This document shows positions 36,801-48,947 of a stretch of DNA of 64,000 nt, in pieces. The notes under the pieces are model-generated. The model did no database searches. It was not told the origin of the DNA and saw only the letters and a program-made list of their open reading frames with translations. Position numbers and translations under genes: made by a program. Within the stretch, counting starts at the first letter, position 1, and each line of letters begins with the position of its first letter. Source of the DNA: Bilabrum cf. latius (Eukaryota); the NCBI GenBank assembly GCA_965178125.1, contig OZ237754.1:930001-994000 (forward strand). The letters are read 5' to 3'.

Positions 36801-39129
36801 GGCCGGGGGCTCCGCGGGGGGGGTCGTGTTCGGCTCCGGCGGGGGCTCCCTGCTCGCCCCTGCCATCGGGGGGGCCAGCGGGGGCGGGGCCAAGGGCGCA
36901 CAGAAGAAGCTCGGGGGCGGTAGCGGCGCCTCGGCGGCGGGAGGGGAGGCGTCTGCCGTGGCGGCAGCGGGCCGTGACTTCCTGCACCCGCCCCCGCCCT
37001 CTCCCAGTCGGAGCGTGCTGGACCGCCCGGGGGCCTACCGCAGGGTGAGCGTGCGCCTCGGGTTTGCCCACCTCGCGCTCAGCACGGTGCTGAACGCGCA
37101 GCACATCTTCACGGCGGAGGCTGCGGCTGCCTCGGGGGCAGACGGGGGAGTGCTCAGCGGGGCAGAGGCTCTGGCCCTGGGCCTGATGGAGGAGGGCGAG
37201 GACGAGGGTGCATCGCACGGCGGTGCGGGCAAGGGCTCCGCGTCTCGGTCCGCTGCCGGGCTGGCTGCTGCTGGCGAGGGAGGCGGCGCGGGCCGGTGCC
37301 GGCAGGCGTTCCGGGTGCTCCGAGGTATGCTGCAGGGGTGGCTGCGGATGCAGCAGAGCCAAGGGGCGGACTACACGGCCCACGAGCTGCTGGTGGGCTT
37401 CTACGAGTGGCTGGCCTCCCCTCCTCCCGACAATCCACTGTTCGACCCCGCGCTGCACGGGCTGGTCTCGTCGCTGACGCACAAGGCCTTCCTTCTGCTG
37501 GTAGGCGCGTGCAGGAGGGCGGGCGCCCGGGTGGTGCACGCCACCACGGGCGAGCTAGTGGTGGAGACGCCGCACGTGGACTGCCAGCAGGCGGCCACGT
37601 TCGTGCAAAAGATGTGCACGGAGATCAAGCGGCAGCCGCTCTTTGCCCTGCTCGACTTCGGGGAGGCTCCAAGGGCCATGTGGACGGCGCTGCTGTGGGT
37701 GGACGATGCCAACTTCGCCGGGGAGCAGCTGTCTCCTGCCTCTGTGTCGTACTTGTTCGGGGGCGCGGCCAGGGAACAAGCCAGGCTGGCAAGGGCAAGC
37801 GCGGGGCGGTCGAAGGCCGGCGGGAAGGCATTGCCGCGGGCAAAGACGACCGGCGGTGCAGCAGCTGCTGCTGCTGCAGTATCTGGCGATTCTGCCAGAC
37901 CTAGAGCGGGCCAGCGGGGCATGGTGGAGTCCGATTCCGAGTCGGATGCCGAGCAGGAGGAGAAGAAGGAGAAAGAGCTCGAGTCGGACGACGAAGGGGG
38001 GCTGCTGGCGGCGGGCAGCGACGAAGACGAAGACGAGGATGAGGAGGATATGGTGGCCGGGCGTGGCTCGGGAAGAAGGAGCAGGACGAAGAGGGGTACA
38101 GGTGGAAGTGCACCCATGCAGTCAGACGAGGACGAGGGCGGAGATGACGAAGATGAGGACGAGGTCATCGAGATCGAGTCGGCCTCTCTGGCCGGCGAGG
38201 GGGAGGAGGACGACGACTTCGAGCTGGAGGTGTCCGTTGAGCAGCACTGGGACCTGGCCAGCCACCTGCCCTCGGGTCCCAGGGGGGCCTTCCACCGAGC
38301 CGCCGAGGTGCTCGTGCAGGCGTGGACCGCGATCGAGACTCACGCCGATGACCCCGAGCAGAAGGCCGTGGCAGTGCGGGGGACAGTGGAGCGGAGGCTG
38401 TCGGATTTCTTGTTCCGGTCTTGCCAGCGGTTCCAGGTGGAGTCGTACGAGAGTCAAGGGTGGCCAAAGGGGCACTGGGCCACGGAGAACGCCTCCCTGG
38501 AACTGGCCAAAGCGGCCTGCATGCTCATTTCCCTGGACCCCGACACCAAGGAGCTGGCGGAGCAGCTGAGGCGGGGGCTGCTGAGAGCCCACCGGGTGCA
38601 GGACCACAGCAAGGAGTCGAGGCTGCTGAACCCCACGCTGTCCGTGCGGGTGAGTGACGTGGTGTGCCGCGCCTGCCACCTCTGCCGGGACCTGGACATC
38701 TGCAGGGACGGGAGCAGGCGAGCACCTGCCAACGCAGAGGAGGCCGCGCTGGTGGGCGTGCCTGCCTCCACCCTGGGCACGGCATCCGCCCAGACGTGGT
38801 GGTGCTGCCCCAGGTGCAGCGCACTGTACGACCCGCTGGAGATCGAGGGGAGGCTGGTCGCGGCGGCGGAGGAGCGCTCGCTGGCCTACCAGACCCAGGA
38901 CCTTGTGTGCCCCAAGACGCTGGACGTGCAGCGGCGGCGCATGGCCGTGCTGTCGCCGGGGGCCAGGGCCTGGGAGCTGAGGGAGGGGCCGGGGAGGTTC
39001 GCGGAGGACGTGGGGGTGCTGCGGCACGTGGCTGAGGAGTTCCGCTTCGAGCTGCTGGAGGAGACGGTGGCCAGGCTGGGGGCGCTGGGGGCAGATGCGG
39101 GGGCCGTGGCTGCGGGGCTGCTGTCGTGA
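30821..39129 (+). CDS. POLE: DNA polymerase epsilon catalytic subunit (~2,724 aa); exons 30821-31438 and 31573-39129
   Basis: GWL, PYFY, MREYDVPY, exonuclease AFDIECTK, YHLDVAAMYPNII, CQRENPFY, LELDTDG, ELKGFELKRRGEL and a C-terminal Cys motif. In-frame TAGs at 30860, 31166, 34789 and 35665. Ends at TGA. Confidence 0.96.
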
Positions 39130-39439
39130 TGAAGGCTTTGTCGGGTTGCGGAGATTGTGAGGGAGTTTTGAAGATGAAGATTGCATTTGGATCTATGCAA
39201 TTCCGGTTTACGAGACGGGACATCAGCAGCACAGTCTGGCCATTTGTGCAAAATCCCGGTATCTCGGGCATTTTCAGGAATAAAAATCGAGGTTACGAAT
39301 GAGCCCTTTATCACGCGCGGCCCTGGTGGCGACAGCACGGGCAGGTGGCAAGCGTCCTGTCTAGCGCAGTCTCTGCACCGCCTGCCTGTACATGGGCAAA
39401 CTATTCGATTTCTAACTTGCACGCGCACACATTGACTCA

Positions 39440-41353
39440 TCACCCCTTCCCACCAGCCACCCCGTCCATCTCCTCCTTGCTCTCGTCTGACCCCGACAAT
39501 CCCCCGGACGCACCCCCCGACAAACCCCCCATGCCCCCCACGGGGGACGCCGCCCCCGCCGACTTCGCCCGCGCCGCCGCCAGCTCCTGCCTCCTCTTGG
39601 CCTCGTGCCGCGCCGCCACCCTATCTGCCAGCCTCTCCTGGAACCCCGGGGAGCAGAAGTCCGTCACCTCCGCGGGGAAGCACGCCCCCACCTCGTCCAC
39701 CAGCTCGGCCACGCCCGGGTCCTCCCCGCTGGGACCCTCCCGCAGAGCGAGCACCTGCCGCAGCCCCCCGCTCTCCACCAGCTGCTGCCTCTGCCTCGCG
39801 TCCTCGGGCAGCACCGCCACGGCCCTCCTCAGCATCTCCCTGGCGAGCGGGGGCGGGGATGCGCTCAGCAAGGGGCACAGCGCGTCAAGCCGTGTGCAAG
39901 GGCCCACGATCGCTCTGAGGGCGGATTGGGCCTTGGCTCGCAGGTCGTCCGAGGCATCTTCGTGCAGTGCAGCCGCCAGCAGGTGCCGCAGCACGTCACC
40001 CTCCGCCAGAGCATCCGCGTGCCTCGCCGACCAGCGCCCCGCGTGTCCCAGGGCCCACGCGCTCGCCGCCTTGACGTGGTCCTCGGGCTCGTTGATGAGC
40101 GCGTCCTTGAGCTCGTCACACCCCCCGCCCCGCACCACAGCCATGGACAGACTCTCCGAAGAAGCAGCCAGGAACCCGAGGGCCATCACCGCGGGCAGGC
40201 GAGCCGCACCTCCACCGGCACCCACCGTGGCCAGAGCGCCCGTGGCCAGCCCAAGCCGCTTCGTGGAAGATGAAGAGGAAGAAACTCCTGCCCCCGCGCC
40301 CGCCCCCGCTCCGCCCGCAGAGGCCCCCATGTAGTCTACCAAGTACCCCACTGCCCCGGCCTTGGCCGCCAGTGCCGCCAGGGCCTCGGAGTGCCGCACC
40401 ACCTCCCTGGTCGCCACCGCGGCCGCCTTTCGGACATTCGGCTCCGGGTCCTGCAGCAGCCGCAGGGCGGAGGGGAACGCCCCTCCCTCCACCACCAGCT
40501 CTGCCAGCTCGGGAGAGTGCTTGGCCACGTCCGCGGTGCACCGCAGTGCCATGCGCCTGACCCGAGCGTCCGGGCTGGTTTGCATGGCCCCCAGCTGGGT
40601 CACTGCCCCTGCTTCCACCACCGCTTCCGCCATCTCCGTGCTGTGCTTGGCCGTCTCGGCGAGGCACCGCACGCAGGCCCGCTTGAGGCCCGGTTCCGGA
40701 TCCCTGGCGCTGGCCACCAGCCTGACGAGTGCGCCCGATTCGATCACTGCTCGGTTCGCCAGGGCCCGCGTGTGCGATGCCACCACTGCCAGCGCGTCGG
40801 CGGCACCTTCTCGCACGCCGGCGTCCTGCACTTCGAGACAAGCGGACAGGCGGGTTGTGGCACCGGCGCGGACGCACGCGTCGGCGAGCTCGGGAGAGTG
40901 CGTGGCGACGGCGCGCACGACGAACGCGCACGCACGCTGGTGGTACCTTCCGGCTGATTCCATGCTCGCTGCGAGCTCTTCCAGAACACGAGAGCGTACT
41001 AATTCCTCTGAAAGCTCCACGGAGTAGCCAGCCAGCCTTCCAAGCGCCATGGCGGCCGTGTGCTGCACCGAAGGCACCTGCGCATGCGGAGACAAAACTC
41101 AGCACGGCTGGACTAGGATCACAACACCAACCCATCAGGTTAGTCTCTCACACAGTGGTAGCGTAATGTGCGCATTCCGAAGCCAGGTGCTCACCTTGTC
41201 CGCAAGCAGGCGCCTCAGTTGCACAATCGCGTCCTCATCGAGCAGGCTCTCCAGGTAGTGCGGCTTGCTCGCCATATCGGCTACCTGCGTCGCGAACTCT
41301 AGCCGAGCTCTGTGATATTTCTCGAATACTTCATGGGCTACCCGGTGAGCCAT
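39440..41353 (-). CDS. SPAG6: Armadillo-repeat axonemal central-apparatus protein SPAG6/PF16; exons 41195-41353 and 39440-41077
   Basis: VFEKYHRARLEF...LLADK|VPSVQHTAAMALGRLA, repeated AKHSPELA, and LINEPEDHVKAASAWALG. Phase-0 GT-AG intron. Confidence 0.9.
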
Positions 41354-41552
41354 CGCCTTGGCTCAAAACGATGGGAAAACGTATCTGGCGATCCGTTGAC
41401 GGAAGTTCGGTGCGGTTTCGAGCAAGCTCTGGTTTTGCTGTGGCCAGGTTCTAGGTGCAAAGAATAGGGCATATCACTTAACCCTTGCGATCTGCGTCGC
41501 CGATTGACGCGGTTTTGTTTAATAGTTGCTGTACTGAATATTTTGTGACAGG

Positions 41553-42595
41553 ATGGCGGGAGCCGCGCCCACTGATGGCAACATCACGCCCTATTGCCTT
41601 GCTATCGATTTGGGCAAGGACAAGGGCCATCGCTTCCCGCTCTCTGCGAGCAATACGGTCGGCAGAGAAAAAACAGATATTTTGCTTGATCGAGAAGATA
41701 CAATCATCTCCCGATCTCACGGTGAGGACGTGCAGCTGCCGTGGCAGCCTCTAGCACGTCGACTTGATAGACCTACGGAAACCGTGGCAGTCCTTGTCTA
41801 CTTTTGACCAGTGCTTGGCTGTATCCACAATAACTAAGCGTGTGCCAATCGACTTGGGTGGAGCGCGGGACGAATGGTCCGACAATTCCCCGCCGCGCCA
41901 ACTGTTCGGCGATGACACGTGATGCCCGTGGAGTCTCGCCGTTGCTACCCAATGAACGCATTCGCAGCTGCCCCTTCACCTATGTCTACCCTTACATGAA
42001 TTTAATGTCCCTTGGCTTGCGTTTCCTCCTCTCAGGTGTGGTGGAAGTGACCCCGACGACCTTCACCGTGATATACTCGGACAAGTCAGCGCACGGGTCG
42101 GTGATAGTGCGGCGGGCGGACGAGCCCGCCTCCTTTGTTGCTTCGGGAGTCGGCGCCTCGCCCGCCAAGCTCCCCTCCAGACTGCCGCCTGAGGTGGGCA
42201 GCCGCAGGTGCGAATATCTGTGCGGGCGCTCCAAGGGCAGGTACCCCGGCTCTACCCTGATGCACGTGGGGGATTCCCTGCTGCTGGGCGGGGTCATGCT
42301 CACACTGCGGGAAATCACGCACTCGTCCTCCCACGCCATCCGGCTGTACAGGCACCCCTTCAGCGAGGCACTGCGGGGGGGACCCGACGCCGGCGCCACG
42401 CTGCCCAGGCAGGCAACCGAGCAGGCGGCCGATGCGATGAGGGAGGCTGCGGCATAGGCGGCTGCTGCCGGAGACGGCGCGGATCCTGGGGCCGTGGGGC
42501 TCAGTGGGGATGGGGACGATGATTTGGCGGGGACGGGGATCTCGGATGCCGCACAGGGCGGCGAGGGGGAGGGCAAAGACGGCGTGCCAATCTGA
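41553..42595 (+). CDS. FHA-domain protein; exons 41553-41721 and 42036-42595
   Basis: GHRFPL..NTVGR..DILL...ISRSH|GVVEV...SDKSAHGS fits the FHA GR / SxxH / DxSxxG pattern across a phase-1 intron. Reads through TAG 42455 to TGA. Confidence 0.7.
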
Positions 42596-43000
42596 TCCAC
42601 CGTGTTTTGCGACACGATTCGTGGTGCCACGCAGGATCAGATAAGCATGCGGTTCTTGACTGCTGCATATGCGCATTTATACGCCAGGCTGCAGGAGACC
42701 GCTGCGAGCTGATCGTTCATCATCACGCGGCTGCGACCCGAACAGCCGCGCACGAGTGATATTCACAATCAAGAACTCCAGGCTCACATATTACGCGTGT
42801 CGATCCGATTGGCGTAAGTTCCTGGGTTTCTCTGGACGGGAAATATCCTGTGGCCAGCTGGGCTGCCAGTGGGCGAGTTTTGCTTGAATTTGAACCTCCG
42901 GCACACCGCCAAGCTGCAACATTATTTTCTCGCGGCAGAAGACGCGCAAAGTCTTTGTGTCTAGTAATAAACAAATAAGCATCGCAAGCGTCCCTGGAAT

Positions 43001-46000
43001 ATGGATGAAAAGGGTGCTAGAGCCCTGCAGCAGGAGCTGCGCAAGCATCGGGACGAAGCCACTGGGCACCGAAAAGCAAACGAGGAGCTAAAGCGCCGCC
43101 TGCATGCGGAAGAAATCCGTCGAAAAGATCTTCGAGAGACTGCACGGGCGGAACAAGAGCGCCTGGAGGCCGAGATAACCCAGCTGCGTGAGCGATTGTC
43201 GAAAGCAGAGAGCCGCGCCTCGGAGCTTGCCCCAAGGCTCCAGGCCGAGAAACGGGAGGCAAACAAATTGCGAGCCGCGCTGGATTCAGCAAATCGATCG
43301 GGAGGGGCTGCTCGCGGCCTTCGGCCGACGACCCGAGCCGCGGCTCCCGTGGATGCCGGTGCTCGCACCCGCATGGTGTCGGTGCTGGACCAGGCCGCAG
43401 ATGCGGCGCGTGAATGGGAGCGCGCCCGGGAGCGGCTGCGCGAGTGGCAAGCCAGCGCGGCGCGGGCGCTCCATGCCGTTGCAGAGGAGGCTGGCCGCCT
43501 CTCCGGGGCCGTGCACGAGGCCGCCCAGGGCCCCGGGCGGGAGGTGCTCCGGGACATGCTGCGGGCGGGTGAGGAGGCGGGGCGGGCGGGCGCAGAGGCC
43601 GTGGTCGGGCTGGGGGGCGAGGGTGCATCGCATGCAGGTGCGGGGGTGCAGCTGGGTCGGCTGGCCCGGCAGGCCATGGCCGTGATAAAGGTGCAGGGGG
43701 GTGCAAGGGGCAAGGGCAGGGACAAGGGCAGGGACAAGGGCAGGGGAAGGGGTAATAGGAGTGGACCGAGGGGTGGCCATGGTCGTGGAAGAGGAGACTC
43801 CAAGCCGACAGCAGCCTCAGCCACTGCCGAGTCCTCGTTGCCTTCCGGCGGCTGGTCCGAGATCGAGGAGCTGGCGCGGGAGGCAACTGCGGGTGCACTG
43901 CACGCAGGTATCGACTCGGAGCCGCTAGATAGGGCCCGGGAGCAGGCGGCAGCTCGGCTGATGGGGCTGGCCGAAGACGTGCGCTTGCTGTCGCAGGGCC
44001 CGGGGTCCGAGACCCGGTACAGGGCAGCACTGGCGGCGGTGCTCGCCCTGGCCGCGCGGCAGCAGGGGCTGCTGCGGAGGTCGATGCGAGGGGACAAGGG
44101 TGCATCGCATGCAGGTGCTGCTGCTGGGAAGGGCAAGGCACCGCGTGCTACGGCCAGTCCGACGGGCCTGCCGCCCACTCCGGACTGGGTAAAGGGGCCC
44201 GTGCAGCGAGGGAACAAGGGGAGTGCTGGGAGCCATGGGGGCCGCACTGGGGGTGGTCAAAGGGGCGCCGTGCGAGGCGGCCCGTCCGCGTCTGGCACCC
44301 CGGACCGCTCCCCGCTCAAACCAGCGTCCCAGTCGGGGCGACGGGGGCGTGGGCGCGGCCGGGGCTCTTCCAGCCGACAGCAGTACCATCCGGATCGGAG
44401 CGGCGTGGAATCAGAATCGAGAGGCACCCCCCCTCGCTCCGATGCAGATGCAGATGCAGATGCAGGTGCAGATGGAGAGGGAGACAAGCGCGATGAGAAG
44501 GATGATTCCATTAAAAAGGGTGAGGAACACAGCAGGGCACCCGGGCGCGACCGCGGTACAGTCTCATCCTCGCCTGCCGCTCGAGCCGAGAAGTTCCGTG
44601 CGCGGGCTGGCAGCCCCCTGCGATCTGGAGGGAGGAACAGGAGGAGGATGAGGAGGCGGGGGAACACACGGCTGGAGCAAGGGGAAGGGGGCGAGCAGCC
44701 CAGCCCCAGCCCCAGCACTGCGGCACAGCCAGGCGCATCGCATGGTGGTGCAGGTCCCAAGGAGGCGTCCCCTCTGTCCCCGCCGTGGAAGAGACAGGCA
44801 CTCAAGGGCCCAGGGGGCAGGGAAACAGGAGCAGAGGGCGGGCCCGTGGCAGCCAGCCCCCCGCCTGTGCCCGGTACCGTGCAGCCCCCACCCCTACCAG
44901 AGACAGAGCCAAAGGCAGAGTCGAAGCGAGAGGCAGCAGCAAGGCAGCGCGCCACTCCCGGAGCGGCTGCCATCGGAGGAGGTCTCGGCTCCAAGGCGAC
45001 CGACGGCGGGGGCAAGGGCAAGGGCAAGGGTAAGGGTGCTCGCGCGGGGTTGCACTCGTCACGCAGTGCCGCAAATAGGCTCAATCCGGAGCGAGCCATG
45101 TCCCCCATGCGTACGGGTGCATTGCGTGGCAGTGCAGACTCGCTAGCCCGCAAGCCGTGGCAGAAGCACCGAGGGTACCACGGGGGCAGCGGCACCAGAG
45201 CACCTCCCACCGCGAGCGATGGTGCGGGCAGAGGCAGCGGCTGGGGGCAGGACCCGCTGGACCTAGGGTCGGGGCAGGCGGGTACGGTGGGTGGGATGGA
45301 GAGAGAGGTGGAAAATGAGAAGAGTGACGTTTCTGCTCGCGCAGGCACAGGCACAGGCACAGGCGGGCTGGCCCAGACGGCTCCAGCGAGGGTCTCTCCG
45401 CTCAAGGCTACGGGCCAGGGAACAAGCCAGGGAACAGGTGCAGAACGCGAGAGAGCCCGCGCAGTTCCCGCAGCGTCACCGCTCGGCTCGGCTGGTGCAT
45501 CGCACGGTGGTGCCCCCAGGGGAAGAGCCCCCGCCGAGGGGTCACCCGAAGCCATGTCCCCGATCTAGGCCGGGCCCCGGGGTAGCGGCGCATTCGGGGC
45601 CGAGAGCGGGGATATGCACCCATCGGGAGACCAAGCCTCCGGGGTCTCTGCCGATACAGCCAGGCCTGCCGGTCCTGGTGCCCATGCCAGCGGTGAGGGT
45701 GAGGGTGCTGGGGGTGGCTCTGTGTCGGGCATGCAGGGGCTGATGCCGGACGATCTGAGGGCGAGGCTCGAGGCGCGGCGGAGGCAGAAGAGCAAAGGGA
45801 AGGGGTAGGGGGTGGGGGTGGGGAAAGGAGGCAGCAGAGGGGCCTCGAGGGAGCCAAGGGCCCGTGCCAGTGGGGGGGCTGCTCCTGCAGCCAGGGAGGG
45901 TACGGCTGGTGCTGGTGCTGGTGCTGGTGTTGCCCGCGCGGGCCTGTCCATGGCGGAGAAACAGGCGCTGGCCAAGAGGCGGCGGCAGGAGGCGGAGCAG

Positions 46001-46156
46001 GCCAAGAAGGAAAGGGCACTGGCCAAGGCGGGGGCTAGAGGTGTGACGAATGGGGGCGCTGTGGGAGGGGTAAGGAGGCAGAGCAAAGGCAGGGGCAGGG
46101 GTAGGGGCAGGGGTGGCAGTGGGCTTGGTGGGACGAGAGGGGGGCGCAGGAGGTAA
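43001..46156 (+). CDS. Hypothetical protein (~1,051 aa): N-terminal coiled coil and long disordered region
   Basis: Three in-frame ORFs joined by TAGs at 45566 and 45806, ending at TAA. Confidence 0.7.
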
Positions 46157-46467
46157 TTTAGGGAGGGTGGAACCGAGTCAGGGCCAGGAAGCCACGCATG
46201 CGAACATAGTTTCAGTTGCTACTAACGCCCATGAGACGCAGGTGACCAGCCTGAGGTCCAACAATCCGACTATTCCGGTTTGATACCATGCTTGGCTTCA
46301 CCGAGCGGAGCCTGCAACTACTCAACCACGTAGTGGTACAGCGGAAATCATTAGCATTAGTTTGTGTGTTTGGTGAAGATAGACTCGGCGCACAGGCGTC
46401 CCGGTGCGAACGTCAGAGGCACCGCGACTCAGTTCAAACGGTACTGAGCTTCAACTCGTGTTGCGTC

Positions 46468-47244
46468 ATGGACGTATCACGAGCTGGACCCCGCGTAGCC
46501 CAGCTTGCTGCTCCTAGTAAGCCATTAGCGGGGCGCGCAGCCCCCACGGGGCATGGTGCAGCCGCATCACGCCGCGTGCTCGGCAGTTTGCACAGTAATT
46601 CGAAGGAAGCAACTGCGGCGGCAAACACGCAGGCGGTAGCAGCCGTGTCCGAATTTGTACCCGCGGTCGACCCTGCTTCTACGCTGGAAGCTGACGATGG
46701 CATCGCGGACGAGGCGCGCTGGTCCTGCGAGCAGCCCGTGGGCGCCGCGGACCCGTGGGAGGTGCAGCAGGACCGCGAGCTGGCCGAGCTCTGGGGATCA
46801 TTCGCTCGCATGAACTCGATGTCCACGGGGCCAATGTTGGGCATGCAACGGGCCGTGCTGATGAGGGAGCGGGCTCCTCGTCAGGAGGAGGAATGGGAGC
46901 AGAGGGCCCGGCGGGGGCGGCTGGTGCCCACTGCAGCCGAGCTGGAGCTGGAGGGGGAGGGGCGGGGGATTGAGGATGGCAGCTAGAGAACAGACGGTGA
47001 GATTCGCGGTGAGCACCGCGCCGGGTCAGCAGGGCGCCCTTCTGCCGCTGGGCAGGAAGCGCAGCCGACGGCAGCAGCTGCTGACGGGGCCAGTGGCAGT
47101 GCCAGAGTCGCCGGCGGGGAGGAGGAATTGAAGCCCAGCGACACTGGTAGGCTGGATGCCACGATTGGAGCGGCAGGTGCTTTGGAGGAGGCCTGGTGGT
47201 CAGACAGCGACACGGAGATTGAAATAAGCGTGGAAATGCAATGA
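46468..47244 (+). CDS. Hypothetical protein (~258 aa)
   Basis: Open frame through TAG 46984 to TGA 47242. Start position uncertain. Confidence 0.55.
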
Positions 47245-47337
47245 CACGCAACTAATTATATTATATCAGATTCGAAGGTTCGTGGTGACGGGGCGCAAAG
47301 GTGCAGCCGACATTCATTTGCTCTCTCGAATACAAAG

Positions 47338-48729
47338 ATGGCCGGTGCTGCAGGATCCTCTGATGCTAAGAATGCTCTCGAAGCTTTGCGATCAATGACG
47401 ACGGTTGTGGCTGACACGGGTGAGTCTCTACGCGGATCTTACCATGAGGAACGATCGATGGGCGCGCGATGCCGAAGGGCAACTGCGAGCTTCGTGTCCC
47501 TCTCAGCCCCGCATACCCGCAAGTGTGTCAATGCTACACCGCAGGCGAGATTTCTTTGATTAAGGAATACACCCCTACCGAGTGAGAAGAGTCGAATTCA
47601 TCAATTCCAAGCAGTCGAGCCGCCAAGATTCTCCTTGCGCTACGTCCGGAAGCCCCCCTACCGGCTGGCATCTATTCCGGACGATCTTCACCTGGGCCAA
47701 GCAATCGTCCGTAGGTTTGAACGAATTGTCATTTTGCTTTGGAATCGGCTGGAAAGACTTGACATATTCCCTTGTGTGCTCCCAGATGATTGCACGGTTG
47801 CCCCTCCCCACCCCGATTGCAACACTTGTCTTCGCAGCGCCACGACTAACCCTTCATTGATGAACAAAGCCGCTCGCCTTGACGAGTACGCCCCCTTGGT
47901 GGACGCTGCCGTCAAGTACGCGAAGGAGCAGAGCAAGGAGGGCGCGAGCGCCAGCGACAAGATGGCCTTGCTGCTGGACGCGCTCAGCGTAGAGTTCGGC
48001 ACCGAGATCCTCAAGCACGTCCCGGGTTACGTCTCCACGGAGGTGGACGCGCGCCTGTCATTCGACGTGGAGGGCAACATCGAGCGCGCCCGCCGCATCA
48101 TCGAGATGTACGCGGCCAAGGGCGTGGGCAAGGACCGCGTGCTCATCAAGCTGGCCTCCACCTGGGAGGGGCTGCAGGCCGCCAAGACCCTTCAGGCGGA
48201 GGGCATCCGCTGCAACATGACGCTGCTGTTCAACTTCGCGCAGGCGGCTGTGGCCGCTGATGTGGGCGCCACCTTGATCTCTCCCTTCGTGGGCCGGATC
48301 TACGACTGGCAGAAGAAGAACGAGGGCAAGGAGGAGATCTCCGCCGAGGACGACCTGGGCGTGTCCAGCGTGAGGAAGATCTACAACTACTACAAGGTCA
48401 ACGGATTCGAGACGATCGTCATGGGGGCCTCCTTCCGGAACACGGGGCAGGTCAAGGCGCTCGCGGGGTGCGACAGGCTGACCATCAGCCCCAAGCTGCT
48501 GGGGGAGCTGAGGGAGGATTCGGAGCCGCTGGAGCGGGTGCTGTCCCCCGAGGCGGCCAAGGGAGACAAGGAGGCGCCCAGCAGCCCCGTGAAGCTGGAC
48601 GAGAAGTCGTTCCGGTGGGAGCTCAGCCAGGACGAGATGGCCACGGAGAAGCTGCACGACGGGATCCGGAGGTTTGCGGCCGACATCGTCAAGCTGGAGG
48701 AGTTCCTGCAGAGCAAGATCGACGCGTGA
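47338..48729 (+). CDS. TALDO1: Transaldolase; exons 47338-47419, 47545-47581 and 47838-48729
   Basis: TTVVADTG, DATTNPSL, VSTEVDARLSFD, LIKLASTWEG, CNMTLLF, ISPFVGRI and VMGASFRN. Two phase-compatible GT-AG introns. Confidence 0.96.
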
Positions 48730-48947
48730 AGAATGCAACGCAAATCATAGGGGTCAGTGGTGGATCGGATAAGATCGAAGGGTCGGGCGATCGCGGCGTG
48801 AGTGCAGCAAAATTGGCAATGAATACAGAGCGAACTTCTTTCGCACAAGTGTCCAAATTGCCTCTTTTTTTGAGCAGCGGCAACACCACAATCGCACAAT
48901 GTACATAATCCGGATGGAGCCGACCGCCGGCGCTCTGCATCTGTCGG

